Positions 1 through 63,832 of a stretch of DNA of 64,000 nt are shown piece after piece. The notes beneath the pieces were generated by a model, which saw only the letters and a program-made list of their open reading frames with translations, was not told the origin of the DNA and ran no database searches. Position numbers and translations under genes: made by a program. The stretch lies in the NCBI GenBank assembly GCA_963693365.1, contig CAVNZM010000005.1, positions 11,369,728 to 11,433,727 of the forward strand. Direction: 5' to 3'. The DNA is from Amoebidium appalachense (Eukaryota > Protista > Ichthyosporea). The first letter of the stretch is position 1; the number at the start of each line of letters is the position of its first letter.

Positions 1-104
1 GGGTGGATGGTGGTGATGGTAGTTATAGTGTGTGTGTGTGTGTGTGTCGGGAGCACCCCCGGGGGGGGGGGGGGGGGGGGGGGGTTAAACATGTGTGCAC
101 GCAC

Positions 105-1999
<1,895 letters not shown>

Positions 2000-2610
2000 T
2001 TTTGCAGATTTTACGCAGACCGTGCTAAAGGCTATAACGCACGTAAGTGAACATTGGGCTACCTAAACATGTTTTTATCACAACTTTCTCAATGAATTTC
2101 TTTCAGCTTGCGAACTTCTTTCCAACTCCAGTCTGCCAGTGCCTGCACGTGCAGATATGTCGGACTTCGTGTTGAGTCACCCTAAACTCTCAGTTGGGTG
2201 CATATGTCGCGATAGACCCCGGTTTTTTTTTATTTTATATATTGACTTTAAATTTTTTTTTTTTTTTTGAACTTGGATTCTTGGAATTAGTGGTTGTGTC
2301 ACAGTCTACAGTAGCGAAAAGAAAAATCCATAAAAGACAACGATATATTACTAAACATTTATCCATAAGTTATTTTATTTAATAAAAATATCATGGTCTT
2401 TCAATATGCTACATGTTGCATGGATAAGAGTCTGGCTAATATACCTCTGAGGCTCTGACCGAAATGCGACAGGCCCTTTGTGCAAAAAGAAGCTGAGGGG
2501 ATCTAAGTGGTGCGCTATAAGCCAATTAAACATCAATGCAATAGCTATATATGGCGAGCCGCTCTAGAATATAATTTGTTATTTGTCACTAATCTGAAAG
2601 CCCGCTCAAC

Positions 2611-2672
2611 TATAAAGGGGCCAATCAAAAACGAAGACTATCTGATTGGTCCTCACAGTGTTTTGGCGCGAA
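2611..2672 (+). promoter_or_regulatory. Putative PRIM2/POLR3C bidirectional promoter elements: CCAAT boxes and E2F-like site
   Basis: CCAAT 2621-2625, reverse CCAAT (ATTGG) 2645-2649 and TTTGGCGCGAA 2662-2672, about 190 bp upstream of the PRIM2 ATG; TATAAA at 2611. Confidence 0.5.
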
Positions 2673-2857
2673 GTGCCGCGCAAGGAACGAACTATGCGCA
2701 TGTTTCGATCACCACACAACACAACACACACCACAAAAACAGAAAGAAGAAAGAAAATAACATACACAGTGTCTACGCTATACCACCAGACATTCATTAT
2801 ATATCACAACAAACTTACCACATTAACTATCTAGGTGTCCTATTGCGAAACGTAACA

Positions 2858-13898
<11,041 letters not shown>

Positions 13899-15035
13899 AA
13901 TTTCGCTTTGAACCCCCACACCAATTTATGGATTTCCGAAGGGAACTTCTGAGGTGACTAGATCACGGTTATAGTAATCACAACCAAGGATATAATACGC
14001 TGCAGCCATCAATCCACAAATGTATCTCAGACATGAGATATTGTCGCTTTTTTACGAGTGGCCATAGAAAGGCATAGTGACACCAGCCTCTACCCCCTGT
14101 GTGCGCGTGCACGAGCATGTGTGTGCGTGTTTGTGGGGGTGGTTGTGGTGAGGGGGAGAAGGGGGGGGGGGGTGTTGCTATATCGATCATGGCTTACATG
14201 TGTACGGTTTTATTGTTTAGAACTTTTACTGTATTACGGTGCACGATGTTTTTTCTATATTTGTATGCAATTGATATGCTGGTGAGCGAGAGAAGAAACT
14301 TGAGTACCATCTGCCCGTTCTTTGTCATGCACATGTATGCTTAAAAAATTTAATTTGCGTGTAGGTTATGAAGTGTATTTGGAGACAAGTTCCCCATGGA
14401 ATTTATAATGTGTCGCCAAATACAGCATTCATAAAATAAAATGTCTGGTGGGCAGAGCCGCGTCACGAACACTTCGAAAACACACCAACATGTTTCGCCC
14501 CAAAAACAAGATTGTATACATGCTGCTTCAAGTTAATGCATGTGTTTTTGTTCCTGGTGTAAGTGTGTGTGTACACGTGTGCGCCGGTCTGTTCGGAACG
14601 TCTAATCTGATATACGGGTGTGTAAGAGCAGTTTTAGGAGCACATGTGTGTGTATGGGTTGCACATGCTCGTGTATTTGTGTGCATTTGTGTGTACGCCT
14701 GTCTTTCTATTAGCTTGTGACTTCGAAACGCTCTGTGCAAGGTTCATAGTAAACCAAACCTATGGTGCACAATAACTTAAATACCCCACAATCTCATTCT
14801 TGCTTTTCATCTTCCAATGGCAGTATACAGACAACATTCACCCAACTACTTAAAAAAACATCTCTCGTCCACATACCTGCAACTAGTATTACACATATCC
14901 ACTCCATACACAATCATCTCATTCTCATTCTAAGCCATCAAATAGCGAAACTAAAGCACAGTCCCTAACAACCCCGCCTCCCAAATGCATCTAAATTTCA
15001 AAATTCAACCGTGCAAATCCATTGGTTGATGGTGT

Positions 15036-26538
<11,503 letters not shown>

Positions 26539-27001
26539 GATTGCTCGTCCACCTCTCGGTGTGAATCAGAAAGAAAAATTTGCTATAACAGTGGTCACAA
26601 GTTCAGAACAAGCCAGTCGAAATTTGTGAATTTATTCGCTGAATATAAAAAGCTTCTCCAAACAACAAATCATTTGCTGCGCATGCCAAGACCTCTGTAA
26701 TACACACCGGTGTGCTATAAGCTGGCACGCCACTATCTATTCCTGTTTGGAACCCTTTGTTCCTAAATGTCGCACTACACAGTTTTTATCGATAGCATAA
26801 ACAAAAAGACTATCACTACGAAAGGAAAGTCCTGCGCGTATACAACCACAGCTACGTATACCGTATAGATGTCAAAAAAAAAACATTCAATTTTTTCCCT
26901 CCGTTTTCCAGTGGATTTGTACAGATTCATAGTTTTCTGTTTCCGCAATCTGGAAAAGATGAACGCGTAGCCGCTTTTATACCTGCTGCTGAGAGCCATC
27001 G

Positions 27002-27021
27002 TGACGTCATCGATGACGTCA
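27002..27021. promoter_or_regulatory. Perfect 20-bp palindrome containing two CRE (TGACGTCA) sites upstream of the 5-phosphatase gene
   Basis: TGACGTCA-TCGA-TGACGTCA, about 465 bp upstream of the MGGHQSK ATG. Confidence 0.4.
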
Positions 27022-28165
27022 AAGATCGCTGGCCCACGGCCACAGGCCACTCGGACATTTGATCTCAGATCTTGGTGCAGATGTGTCAGTATATGTGTTC
27101 CACAGAATTCCACACGTGTGCAGGTGTTAACGTTCGTGTGTACGTGTGTTCGCGTTTGTTAATAGAGAGCAAATGCAAGTGTCCACAGGCCTCAACTCGG
27201 TACGCACGCTATATGGAACTGTGCGCAATTGCAAATTTAAACAGTGTCACACATACACACCAGTGTACCCCTAGGCCTAAGGTTTACAATTGTTGAACAG
27301 TATGCATATGCAAATGATCATGCCCTGATGCATATATGCTTTCGGAGTCCGACCTCATTCCAATTTGATATCACCAATTCATCATCATAACTCACGGTAG
27401 ACCTCTGTATTTGCATTTGTGTCCCCCCCCCCCCCCCCCCCCTCCTCTCCCCCCCCCCCCCCCCCCCCCCCACAAAAAAAAAAAAAAAGAAAGAAAGAAA
27501 GAAAGAAAGAAAGAAAAAAGGCGAGAGAGAGAGAGAGAGAAAACGTGGGGTACAACCATTCAATATGTATTAATCATTAACCCCAGCCAGGGGGAACATC
27601 GTGCCATCGTGCATCGTCACTAAGCAACCAATAAATATAATACACATGTACGTCATATCAGTAACGCCTAGATATTTCTAAACAGCACATTCCCCCCCCT
27701 TTTTTTACTACTCACATGGTCGTTCACCTTTCAGCGGACCAGTCACTCACTCGAGATGCCCAAAAGGAACCACGAAAGAGAAAAAACGGAAAGGAAAAGG
27801 ATATGGGCAGAAGGCAAATCCACCGGTTAGCATCATGGCTAACACTATTTCCTTTTACCATACCTACTAGCACTCAGAGATCCAACCCATTTCAACAACA
27901 TTCGAGTCTGCCCACGTGCACTTGTGACTAATTCAAAATCTTTCGGGAAAAAAATCAGCCGTCCACATCTGGCTATATATTTTTGCGCACGTCATAGTAT
28001 ATAAAATTATCTGTTTTCTCTCGCACGCTTCATCCTAAACTGTGCAGTGCGTGTTCTTGAAATGTCATATCACGTGACTCATGTCACGAGGCCACATGCC
28101 AACCTTATAAAGAAACCGCTTCACCCGTTGGTAGAGGAAGGACTTGGAGGCCTGCCATGCAGGTG

Positions 28166-36804
<8,639 letters not shown>

Positions 36805-36865
36805 GACTGAGGGGGGACACATTTGAGATGATGGGTCTCTCTCCCCCCCCCCCCCCCCCCCCCCC

Positions 36866-36898
<33 letters not shown>

Positions 36899-37099
36899 CA
36901 CCCCCCATCCCCACCTCCCCCCTCCCCGCCACCACCACCACCACCACCACCACACACAGAAGGAAAAAAAAGAAAAAAAAAAAGAAAAAATAAGAAAAAA
37001 AACACTATCTGCACACCTCACACACATGACCTGCGGGTACCAGATCACATTTCAATTTAGCCCTTTATTTGAGCAGCGACAAACCCCCCCTCCCCCCAC

Positions 37100-37171
<72 letters not shown>

Positions 37172-37577
37172 TCCCACACACACACACACACACACACACC
37201 TATCCCCCGTTTCTCTCTCTCTCTCTCTCTTTCTCTCTCTGTCTCTCTCTCTCCCCCCCCCCCCTCCCTCTCATCCCCTCCCCCAGATCCCCGGATGCAA
37301 TCCAACAAACCTCCACAGATGAGAAGCAGAAAGTGCCAGGGAGAAAAAGGGAGATTGGAAAGGTAGATAGGGTCTATAATTTTAGTAAACAGGATAATAA
37401 AGGCGTGTGGTTACAAATAGCTGCTATCTACGGCAGAATAGTAATTATCCTTAGTCGGCAGAGCTGCCCCATGCAGTCGACCTAAACCGTCCCCCAGAAA
37501 AATAAAATAAAATGAACAGAAAAAAAATCGTTTATCTACCAGCTCGACAACCAATGTTGCAGTCCCCCCCCCCCCCC

Positions 37578-37610
<33 letters not shown>

Positions 37611-37895
37611 CCTTTTTAGCAAATACTCCAGTTACCCTCTTCTCCCCAACCAAATTACCAACAGCACCCAAGGAATAGACCTCGCCCTACCACTACCGTA
37701 GCCTGCTACCTCGGGACTAGCGGCTTACTCTTGCTACGAAGAAAAAAAGAAGAAGAAGGGGGGGGGGGGGGGGGGGGGGGGGGGGGATCTACAACATCTC
37801 CCTGGGCACCTACTAACATAAAACCGTTCAAGTATCCCAAGTAAACCAGCCAATTCAAACAAAAGGACGGGAAAACCCACACAAACTCTCACACG

Positions 37896-37927
<32 letters not shown>

Positions 37928-39743
37928 TACACACAGGGTCTCCAAACCACCAAAGTCAACTCACTGCACTCCCGAAAACCCCCATGTTATCCTGCTCTGC
38001 TTCTCTCTTTGTGTATGTCCTCCCCTCCCTCCCCCCCCCCCCCCCCCCCCTCCTTCCCCCCCCCTTGTTTGTCAGTCCCTGAAACGCATAATCATAGATC
38101 CCAACTTACTAAAAAGTTTTGGCTCTGCAATAGCTTTCTTTCAGGTAATAATCCAGCTACATTCCAAATGAAACGTTCAACCCCCCCAAAAAAATGCACA
38201 GTACGCAGTGCAACCGTCGCATCCTGTGAGGGCACACGCCCTTAACTTTTAACTCCAGCATGTGCAGCCACATACATACTGAATGTGCAGATTGAGAACA
38301 CCAATTCTCTCATCACTGTTAAACTAGCCAAAAAAACTCCCCAAAATTGTTTTTTGGAAAAAACACATCGCAAATTCGTGCCTTCAAACCCCAGCCTATG
38401 TAGCCTATGTCATCAACCCCACTTCACCCGTTTCTGCCCCGAGCTATGCACCTACTTGGTATACACCAAAACCCAGCCTCAGAGTACTTTAAAAAAAGAT
38501 TCGGCGGACTTACTTGAACCTTCTTGGTTTTTCCCGGCAAAGTCCTCGGAGCTCAAACTAAACGTGCCCCTTATTACAAAGCATCAACTCACCTGAAGTC
38601 CACGCTGTTGAAAACCGGCCCGGTGCTCTTTCCAACTTTTTGGGAGGCTTTGTTTTCGTGTGAGTCATGTGTCTTTCATGTGTGGCTCACCACGTCACCC
38701 AATGATGACCCAATGTCCACATTTTGGTGATTTCGGACACTACGGGCTCGTTTTAGTTTTTCGAGCCCCCGTGTAGGGGGATTTGATTGAAAAGTTTTTT
38801 TTTTCTTTTGACTGGATCATAGTATTCGACGGAAAGATATGCAAGTATGCACGGCATACTGAGAAGACAATAAAAAATTCACGAGTTATCCAGTAACAAG
38901 TGCATACTGAGATACCTGAACACTGTGTGAAAATCATATAAATACTCAATGTGACGACCAACAGAATTCAACAAAATGTCTAAAGTGGTCACATTGCCAG
39001 CCAGTGTAGCAGTTTCATTTTCCGAATTCAGGTGGGCCGATTTAAACCTTGAGCTCTACAAAGCAGCCCGGCGGTGAGTTTTGTCTGAAATGACGGGTGT
39101 ACAGAGAGGCCTTTTTCTAGAATAATAATAAGGAAACCACTGTGTATTTTATTATACTGTAGAGAGAAACCATGTATAAATTGATTTTCCAGCATATTAT
39201 GATATATGTATGGAAACGAGGCGCCAGCCTGGCCAGGCGCGCGGCCCCGACCTTCGGGAAACTTTTCCCGTTTCTGCCTTATATGGTAAATACAAAGACA
39301 CTCCTATTGGCTGATATTTAACGAAATTGCTAAGATGCACCAATACAATTGCTTCCCTCCAAAACCACGCATCCAATAGTTGGATTATTTATCAATCTGT
39401 CAGATTCTTCAAGTTCAAAAAGGTTTCGTGCACTGGCAAGCCCAAAATGTTCTGCAAAAATAAAACGTGCGTAAAAGGAAAGAGACATACACGAAGAACA
39501 GAAATACTTGTAGTGCCCCACATAAGTGCTCTGTGCTCTATGCACATACGTGTCAGCCTTTTTCAAACTTGAACCATTCCCTGAGCCCCTGACTGATACA
39601 CCAATATCCAAATTCTCAGCTGAAACAATTGCCACTATCGGCAGCTTTCTGACCATCGAGTACCAGACAACACGCTTACGAGTCTACGTGCACGCGTGTT
39701 ATATTGGTGGTAGAACTGGTGGAGGTAGCTAAAGTACAGCTTC

Positions 39744-40262
39744 ATGGCCCTGACTATTCTTGAGCCCTTCACCCAGGCCGCAAAGGCAAAGTGGGAGCCT
39801 GAGCTGCGCAGAAGGGCACGCCTTGCCTTTTTTCTGTTTCTGGTCACCCTTACCACCTTCCTCTTCTTTGTTGGATGCGAGAGAGTTGTGGTCAGCAGCA
39901 CATACAGCTGTCGATGCATCAACGATACCTGCACTTATGCTGGCCAGCTTGTTATGAAAAATGAAACCTTTGTCCTCGACTATACGGAGCTAGGACAAAA
40001 CATCGGAGCTCAAGCCTGTGAGGAAACCTTGTGGGACTGCCCCATACGTTTACAGTCAGGGAAGAAAGGCTCTGACCTCTGCCCGCTGGTGGTACTGGAG
40101 ACAGACTTTGCCCTTTTGACTATCATTTATGGAGTCTCGGCTGTTCTTTGCACGTTTTCCTACCTGTCTCTTTTTGTCTTGGGTAAAATGAACAACAGGT
40201 GGATGAGCACGAATCCCGAGGCCAAGAAGTTGCTCCGAACGGGCAAGCGACCCCCTGTGTGA
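39744..40262 (+). CDS. Intronless 172-aa hypothetical membrane protein (2 TM, Cys-rich loop)
   Basis: Non-repetitive ATG-TGA ORF with hydrophobic segments LAFFLFLVTLTTFLFFVG and FALLTIIYGVSAVLCTFSYLSLFVLG; the loop has several Cys and NDT/NET sequons; AATAAA at ~40448. No family recognised. Confidence 0.6.
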   Translation: MALTILEPFTQAAKAKWEPELRRRARLAFFLFLVTLTTFLFFVGCERVVVSSTYSCRCINDTCTYAGQLVMKNETFVLDYTELGQNIGAQACEETLWDCPIRLQSGKKGSDLCPLVVLETDFALLTIIYGVSAVLCTFSYLSLFVLGKMNNRWMSTNPEAKKLLRTGKRPPV

Positions 40263-41088
40263 ATCGGCGCAAATAGGGAACTCGGAGATATTCCGTTTCT
40301 ATGGTCAGCAGCGTCAAGTTCTGTGGGTTGAGTCGCCCAAGCAAACAAAGATTATGTCATCCTCAAGATGCGACAATTTTTCAACACGGAGCCTAGGCTT
40401 ATGGTGGTACTCAGGTGTTCCTTGCAACGTGCTTTCATACCTATTTGAATAAAGACGTGAGATTTTCTTTGAATGTGTCTGCGATCATGCTTCGCCTGTG
40501 AGCTTTAAACATTTTCTGCGCTAATAAAACCACTAGAGATCTCTTCAGACTATCAGTCTGCTTCAAGTGCTTGGTGCTTTGCAACCTGCTACGTAACAAA
40601 GACTTCATATTACTGGGATGCACTTTCTCGTTGCCAACAGGTCAACCCTTTGGCAAAGAGATCTTGAATGCCCTTAATTATATCAATCATTGAAACAGAA
40701 CCCACGTTAAACAACACACCAACTTCTGTACAAAGCTACTTACTGTGTTCACGTAAGCAGCAACTGGTTTGCGCGCTACCTAGTCGAAGTGGCGCAGGTG
40801 TCATGAGTATGTATAAAGGCTACATCTGGTTTTATACCGATCTTTCCTCGATCAAAATAACCCGCTGTTGAGCCGGTATCAAGACACCCCCATCTCGATG
40901 CTGTTGTATGCCAATATCCCATTGTCATGTACTGTACTTTTGCTGAGATCACCTTGGCCGGTATACCGTTACCTGGTCAGCAGGAAAAACGCGTCGAGCT
41001 CGAATTCTCACCCACTCATTAGAACGTTGAGTAGCGTTGAACTGTTAGCGCTTACGGAGAAGCATAAAGTTTCTAAGTAGTTTACAAC

Positions 41089-55238
<14,150 letters not shown>

Positions 55239-55607
55239 CCCTGCTATTATTGTGTTTTGTTTATCCATTGACTGAAGGGCAAAAACACGAATGTGCAATG
55301 CAAAGTTTTTGGAGTTGGGGGGATGGGTAAATAACCCTTAGTTTTTTCCAGCTATGCACGAATGGATCTTTTTTTGTTTGTTTGTAGGTTAGTTTGTTTG
55401 GTTCCCCTTTATTTACGTATAAGCGAGCTGCCGTCCCGTCGGGGTATGTGCAATGTCGTTTTCTGAACCGTGAGATGACATTTTTGGCCTGTGGTTGACC
55501 AGGATTTTTTGATTGTCTGTTTTTTTGTCTTTTTGATTTTCGAGGTTTTTTTTTCTTTTTTTTTTGTTTGTTTGTTTGTTTGTTTGTTTGTTTGTTTTTT
55601 TTTGGGT

Positions 55608-55681
<74 letters not shown>

Positions 55682-56371
55682 TGATGAGGGTCCCGTGGGG
55701 TATCATAAGGGGTATGTGTACATGATGCACGTCAGAAATTGGCACAGTTAAATTTATTGGTGGCCTCGACTCTATTCTAGCCACTTTACTGAAATTCTTG
55801 ATATGTGATGCCTGCTGGGTCGGGCTGTGAGATATTTATTTTATTATGTCTTTCTTATGCAACGACTAAACTATCACAGTAGCCTATTTCAGGAGAGAAA
55901 TAAAACAAATAAAATTACCTCTTGCATGATCCACATGGCGCTAAGTATATCAAACGAGTTATTATTATCGACCCTATGCTCCTGAATTCTTGCATATGGT
56001 ACTACGTTGCGGTGAATAATGTTGCATATGCATGCCACTGTGGCTGACTCTGTCCGTGCATGGTGATGAAAAATGAATTATATCGAGACTGCGCTACACA
56101 GACCCACTTATATGATCATGGGCTAGAGCTATACATATATTTTTTCAATGATTAAATTGGAGAGAATATACGTACTTATACATCGCATGCATGAACATAC
56201 GCGCTACACATTGTAAAGCAAAATCTAAATAAACAAATCATGGTTTTGGAAAATTTGGGTTCAATAGTATGTACATGTACCCAAATGAACATGGTTATAA
56301 ATCGGCCACACCCATCGATGAATATGTAGTCCAGAGCAGGCCGTTTCACGATGATAAACATCTGTAAAACC

Positions 56372-56462
<91 letters not shown>

Positions 56463-56975
56463 GCATGTACGTGTGCGGGTGCGTGTGCATGTGCGTGTGC
56501 GTGTGTGTGCGCGCATACGCTCATAAAAATCTAGCATTTGAAACAGGGGTGTCCTTGGTTTGTATATAATTGATCGTGTGTGAGTTACACGTAATTGTTT
56601 CCTTCGAGCCATGCATTTCTTTTATTTGAATTGAAATTTATAATTTTGAAGTTCAACACCATATTCCTACTTTTTTGTTGATTTGTAATTTTTTTGGTGT
56701 AAGTGATATTGATGATGAGTTGGTGATGATCAGTCAGTGACGTCCTCACACACCACAGCCTACACACAGAAGGGCAGCATACTATTGTTCAGAAAAGCTT
56801 GAATATTTATTTCTAAGTCTGCAAATTGGTGGGATGGTTGATCACAAAGTAATGGTGACCATATGTACAGTGTGGTGACCAGCACCATTTCGAAGGGGGC
56901 TATATTTACAAAACAGAAGTGACTGCAGTATCTAAAATTCCGAAAATTCTCACAAAAAATATCAAGGGCATATGG

Positions 56976-57020
<45 letters not shown>

Positions 57021-57325
57021 AAGAAAGAAAGAAAAGTTGTGGTGGTAAAAAAACATTCCGCTCAACTCTTTGAAGCATCATTCCACCGCCAGAAACATAA
57101 CTGTGCGATTCTTCATTAGGCAAAACGGGTGAGCGGACAACAATACTATCCTGAGAGACTTTCAGGGAAAAAAAAGGTGGGGGAAAAGAAAAACGTCAGT
57201 TTGCGCATCGCCGGGGGGCGGGGAGGGGGGGGGGGGGGGGGGGGGAGGGGGGAGGGCAAAAATCACAAAACAAAATTTACACAACAGGGGGGAAGCGCGG
57301 GGGGCAGCCGGGGGGGGGGGGGGTC

Positions 57326-60327
<3,002 letters not shown>

Positions 60328-60417
60328 TATATATGGATTTTTTTGAAGGGAAAATTGAACGGAGAGAGTCTATGGAGGTGAAGTGTCTTTTGTACATGTG
60401 CTGTTTTCAACGAGTGG

Positions 60418-60510
60418 ATTTCCTGATACTTTACATGTGTATTATAGTTTTCCTGACACTTCACATAAACATTATAGTTTCCTGACACTTTACATGCATA
60501 ATAGCTTTAC
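60418..60510. repeat. Three-copy ~30 bp tandem repeat upstream of the MFS start codon
   Basis: TTTCCTGA(T/C)ACTT(T/C)ACAT....ATTATAGT repeated. Confidence 0.75.
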
Positions 60511-61327
60511 AAGTTATGCCTTCCGCATCCTAAACAGGTTTTGCCTGGTGTTGCCAGTGTTTGTGACTGTGCAGGGCTTCAAACGTTTTCTTTTTCTTCC
60601 AAAGTAAGGACATTCCATTAAGATGCCGCATATTACGGAAAATAGCACAAGATCGCGCATATTCCGGCAGATCAGCTGTTTGACCCTATATGGATTCGGA
60701 ATTTGAATCGCATTTACCAGCATTTGTTAAAATTTGAATTTGGCGTGTCCGACTGTAAGGCTTCATAAAAGCCAATAGAAATCTAACGGTATTGTAAACA
60801 AATGACTTGTAGCCACTCAATGGGATACATGGTGCTTGCTAATTTGTGTCACAAATCATCCTACGGGCGGGCCGAACGAAGGGACGGCCAGCTGGCAGTA
60901 ACATATTTTCTAAACATGTGTTCTTTTGACTTTTTTTTTTTTATATATACCCTAGCATATACTATTTACGTGAATTCTCCTAGCTAGACTTTTTTATCTT
61001 CTCAGATCAGCATAATCTTCTGATCCCCGCTGCGGCCCCGTCACCGACTCACCGTGTTACCTTCACCGAACTTTCGGACCTAATCATATTGAGGAGGGTA
61101 AAAGCAAGAATTACCGGTTGCTTCATCATGTGACGCATTATGATTGGTTACGCAGGCACCAAAACAAAGATGTTCGTGTGTTTGCAAGTGTTTGACCGTG
61201 AGCGCTAGGTGGGTGGGTGTGTGTGTGCGTGCATGTGTGCGTGTGTGTACACGTGTGTGTGTGTGTGTGCGGGTGTGTGCGCGTGTGCGTGTGAGCGTGT
61301 GAGCGTGTGCGCGCGTGTGCGTGCGTG

Positions 61328-61429
<102 letters not shown>

Positions 61430-63646
61430 ACATGTGTACGATGTTTATGATACGCGTGTGTGTGTGTGTGATGCCATGCACACGTGTACATATGCATGTG
61501 TGTTTTTTTACTTGTGCTGGTCACATGATGTAGGCACATAGATGTTTGTACAAGCCTGTGTATGTGGACCAGGTATGCAATTTTTCGTGTATTATGTGCG
61601 TGTTTTAATAATATCTGACTAGTACTCACGTGGTGTGCTGCCTGCATCGATCTAGAGTGGCGTGTGTACGTGTATCTGCGTGGACGGGACCTCAGGCGAG
61701 GCTAATGTGCTTGTGTCACAAAGTACGTCTTTGCGCTTCTCAGTCTCAGTGTCTGCTCAGGTGTGCCCGTGTGGGCGTGTGTGCGCGTTGTTACACGCGT
61801 GCGTGCGTGCGTGCGTGCGTGTGCGTGCGTGTGAAGGTGCGTGTGCGTGTGTGCGTGTGTGCGTGTGTGTGTGTGTGTGACACTGTGTGTGTGAACTGTG
61901 TAATACCGTGTGTGTGTGTGTGTGTGTGACACTGTGTGTGTGTGTGTGTGCACGTGTGTGTGTGTGGCAGTGTGTAATACTGTGTGCTTGTGTGTGTTGT
62001 GTGACTGTGTGTGCTGTTGACCGTGGGATCTATGCCTTTTTTGCATTGGAGTGTTACTTGTGTGCGTATGCCATTGCACCGCGCGTGTACACGTGTGTGC
62101 GTGCAGGCGTGTGTATCATGTTGCACTTGTTTGTCAGTAAGAATCGTCCCCCCCCCCCCCCCCCCCGCCCTCCTCTCCTCTCTTCCCACATGTGCACACA
62201 CGCAATTATCTGACTCCGGATCTTTATTAAAAGGGGCCACCTTCGTCAGGTTTGCACAGCAGGTCCAGGTCCCTGCCGAGTCGTCTGTCCCGGTACTATT
62301 GGTGTCGCCTTTGTCGAGCTGCCCCCCTTCTCCTCCCCCCCCCCCCCCCCCCCTTCTCGAGCCCCCCCCTCCCCCCCCCCCCCCCCCCGCCCCCGGGGGG
62401 CCCCTTCTCCTCCAATTCAGATGCAAAGTTCTTGCTAGATTGCTTTCTAGATGTGCCGTGTTCTTCATTCCGACACTGTTACTTCAGGCCGGGGGGGACG
62501 GCCCAATTGAGAAGCAGCTGCAGCTTCTTCCGTTAAAAACCATTAAAACCTTAGAAAATGTGCTCAGCCTGTGGCATGCACAGACAGGGTCTTTTTATAT
62601 TACATATCAGACAGCAGCTGCTTGCCCTGTTTGGAAGAGTAGATCTCTTCTTGTAAGCATGAAAAACCAAAGACATCGGATTCCGATTCGTGGAGACCTA
62701 CCGTGTTATTATTTTTTTTTTGGTTTTCTTTTTTTTTTTTTTGCTGGAGAGGGGGCAGTAAGGATTATGCATGTGCTTGATTCAGAACCAACGTGACGTG
62801 TAAGGACCTCCAGAATCAAGTGGATAATCCCGACAACAAAACCACTGAGCTGCGCATGCCATCGGGACTGGGTTCAAAGTGCTTCAAGGGTTAATATTAT
62901 TGCTGCTGCCGCAGCTGTTGTGTTTTTACTGACTTTCGTATGATACTGAATTGTTTTCCCCCGGCCAAAAATGTATGCACACCCGGTTACGAGCAACACA
63001 ATCACATGGTGAATGCAGTAGGTCACTGGTTGGGAGTGTACATTGTCAACTTAAATAGAAATTATTACTCGTGCAGAATTACTGAAGAAATTCACAGTAA
63101 ATGTACACAACATACTTAGTTTCCCTGTACGTATACCTATACATCAAAATGCCTTACATAACGTACCGATTTGAAACTGCACAGGACACGTGACTAAACG
63201 TCAAAGTGAACTCTTCCGGTATAAAAACCGGTTTATGCACGTGAAAGTCGTCCTATGTGTAAGGTGAAAAGTGTATGACGTGCTTTACCGCAACCCCCTC
63301 TCCCCCTGCCTGTTTCATATGTGGACCTTTCCCCAAGCTCCTCACACCACCTGTTACCACCATCATCTACTATGTGCAGCATGTATTTACATGTATGTGT
63401 CACTACGTGCATGAGACCCCATTCAAAACCACCATCCCACCCACCAATCAGGGAAGTCGGGCTTAAGGGCCGTATGGATTTCAATTAATGGCTGATTTTG
63501 TCCATTATAAGATGTTTATTCTAACTAAAACATTATCCGCCCTATCATATTCCCGTTACAAAACCTGTACGCATCAAACCCATGTTAAAGAGCACCGTGC
63601 TCAACAGCAGAACTCCATGCTCCACACGGCCGGGTCACAACCGCCC

Positions 63647-63832
63647 CTATTGCTGCAACATATCAACAGGCGTCTTTGTTCCAACGCCATATTTCAACGA
63701 CAAGCCGAGATTCCAAAACGGGTGTGGGCCGTCGAGTTCATGGAAAATCGGATTTGCCCGATATAGGTGTGTGGGTTTAACCCAGCCGGGGGCCGTGGTG
63801 GTGTTTCGCAGACCAGTGTAGCGGTTGATGGC
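63647..63832 (-). CDS. Probable terminal exon of an unidentified minus-strand gene extending beyond the window
   Basis: Poly(C)-CAG| then open frame AINRYTGLRNTTTAPGWVKPTHLYRANPIFHELDGPHPFWNLGLSLKYGVGTKTPVDMLQQ-TAG; phase cannot be confirmed. Confidence 0.35.
   Translation of the reverse strand, partial: AINRYTGLRNTTTAPGWVKPTHLYRANPIFHELDGPHPFWNLGLSLKYGVGTKTPVDMLQQ

Noticed and set aside
26983-26999. Upstream coding exon MALSS giving a non-myristoylated 5-phosphatase isoform
   Set aside because: Requires a rare GAG acceptor to be in frame; unsupported without transcripts.
55740-57000. AT-rich intergenic segments that might be DNA transposon remnants
   Set aside because: Could not identify matching TIRs, a TSD or a transposase fragment.
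60418-60510. CRISPR-like ~30 bp repeats
   Set aside because: Head-to-tail tandem copies without unique spacers, eukaryotic context, no cas genes.
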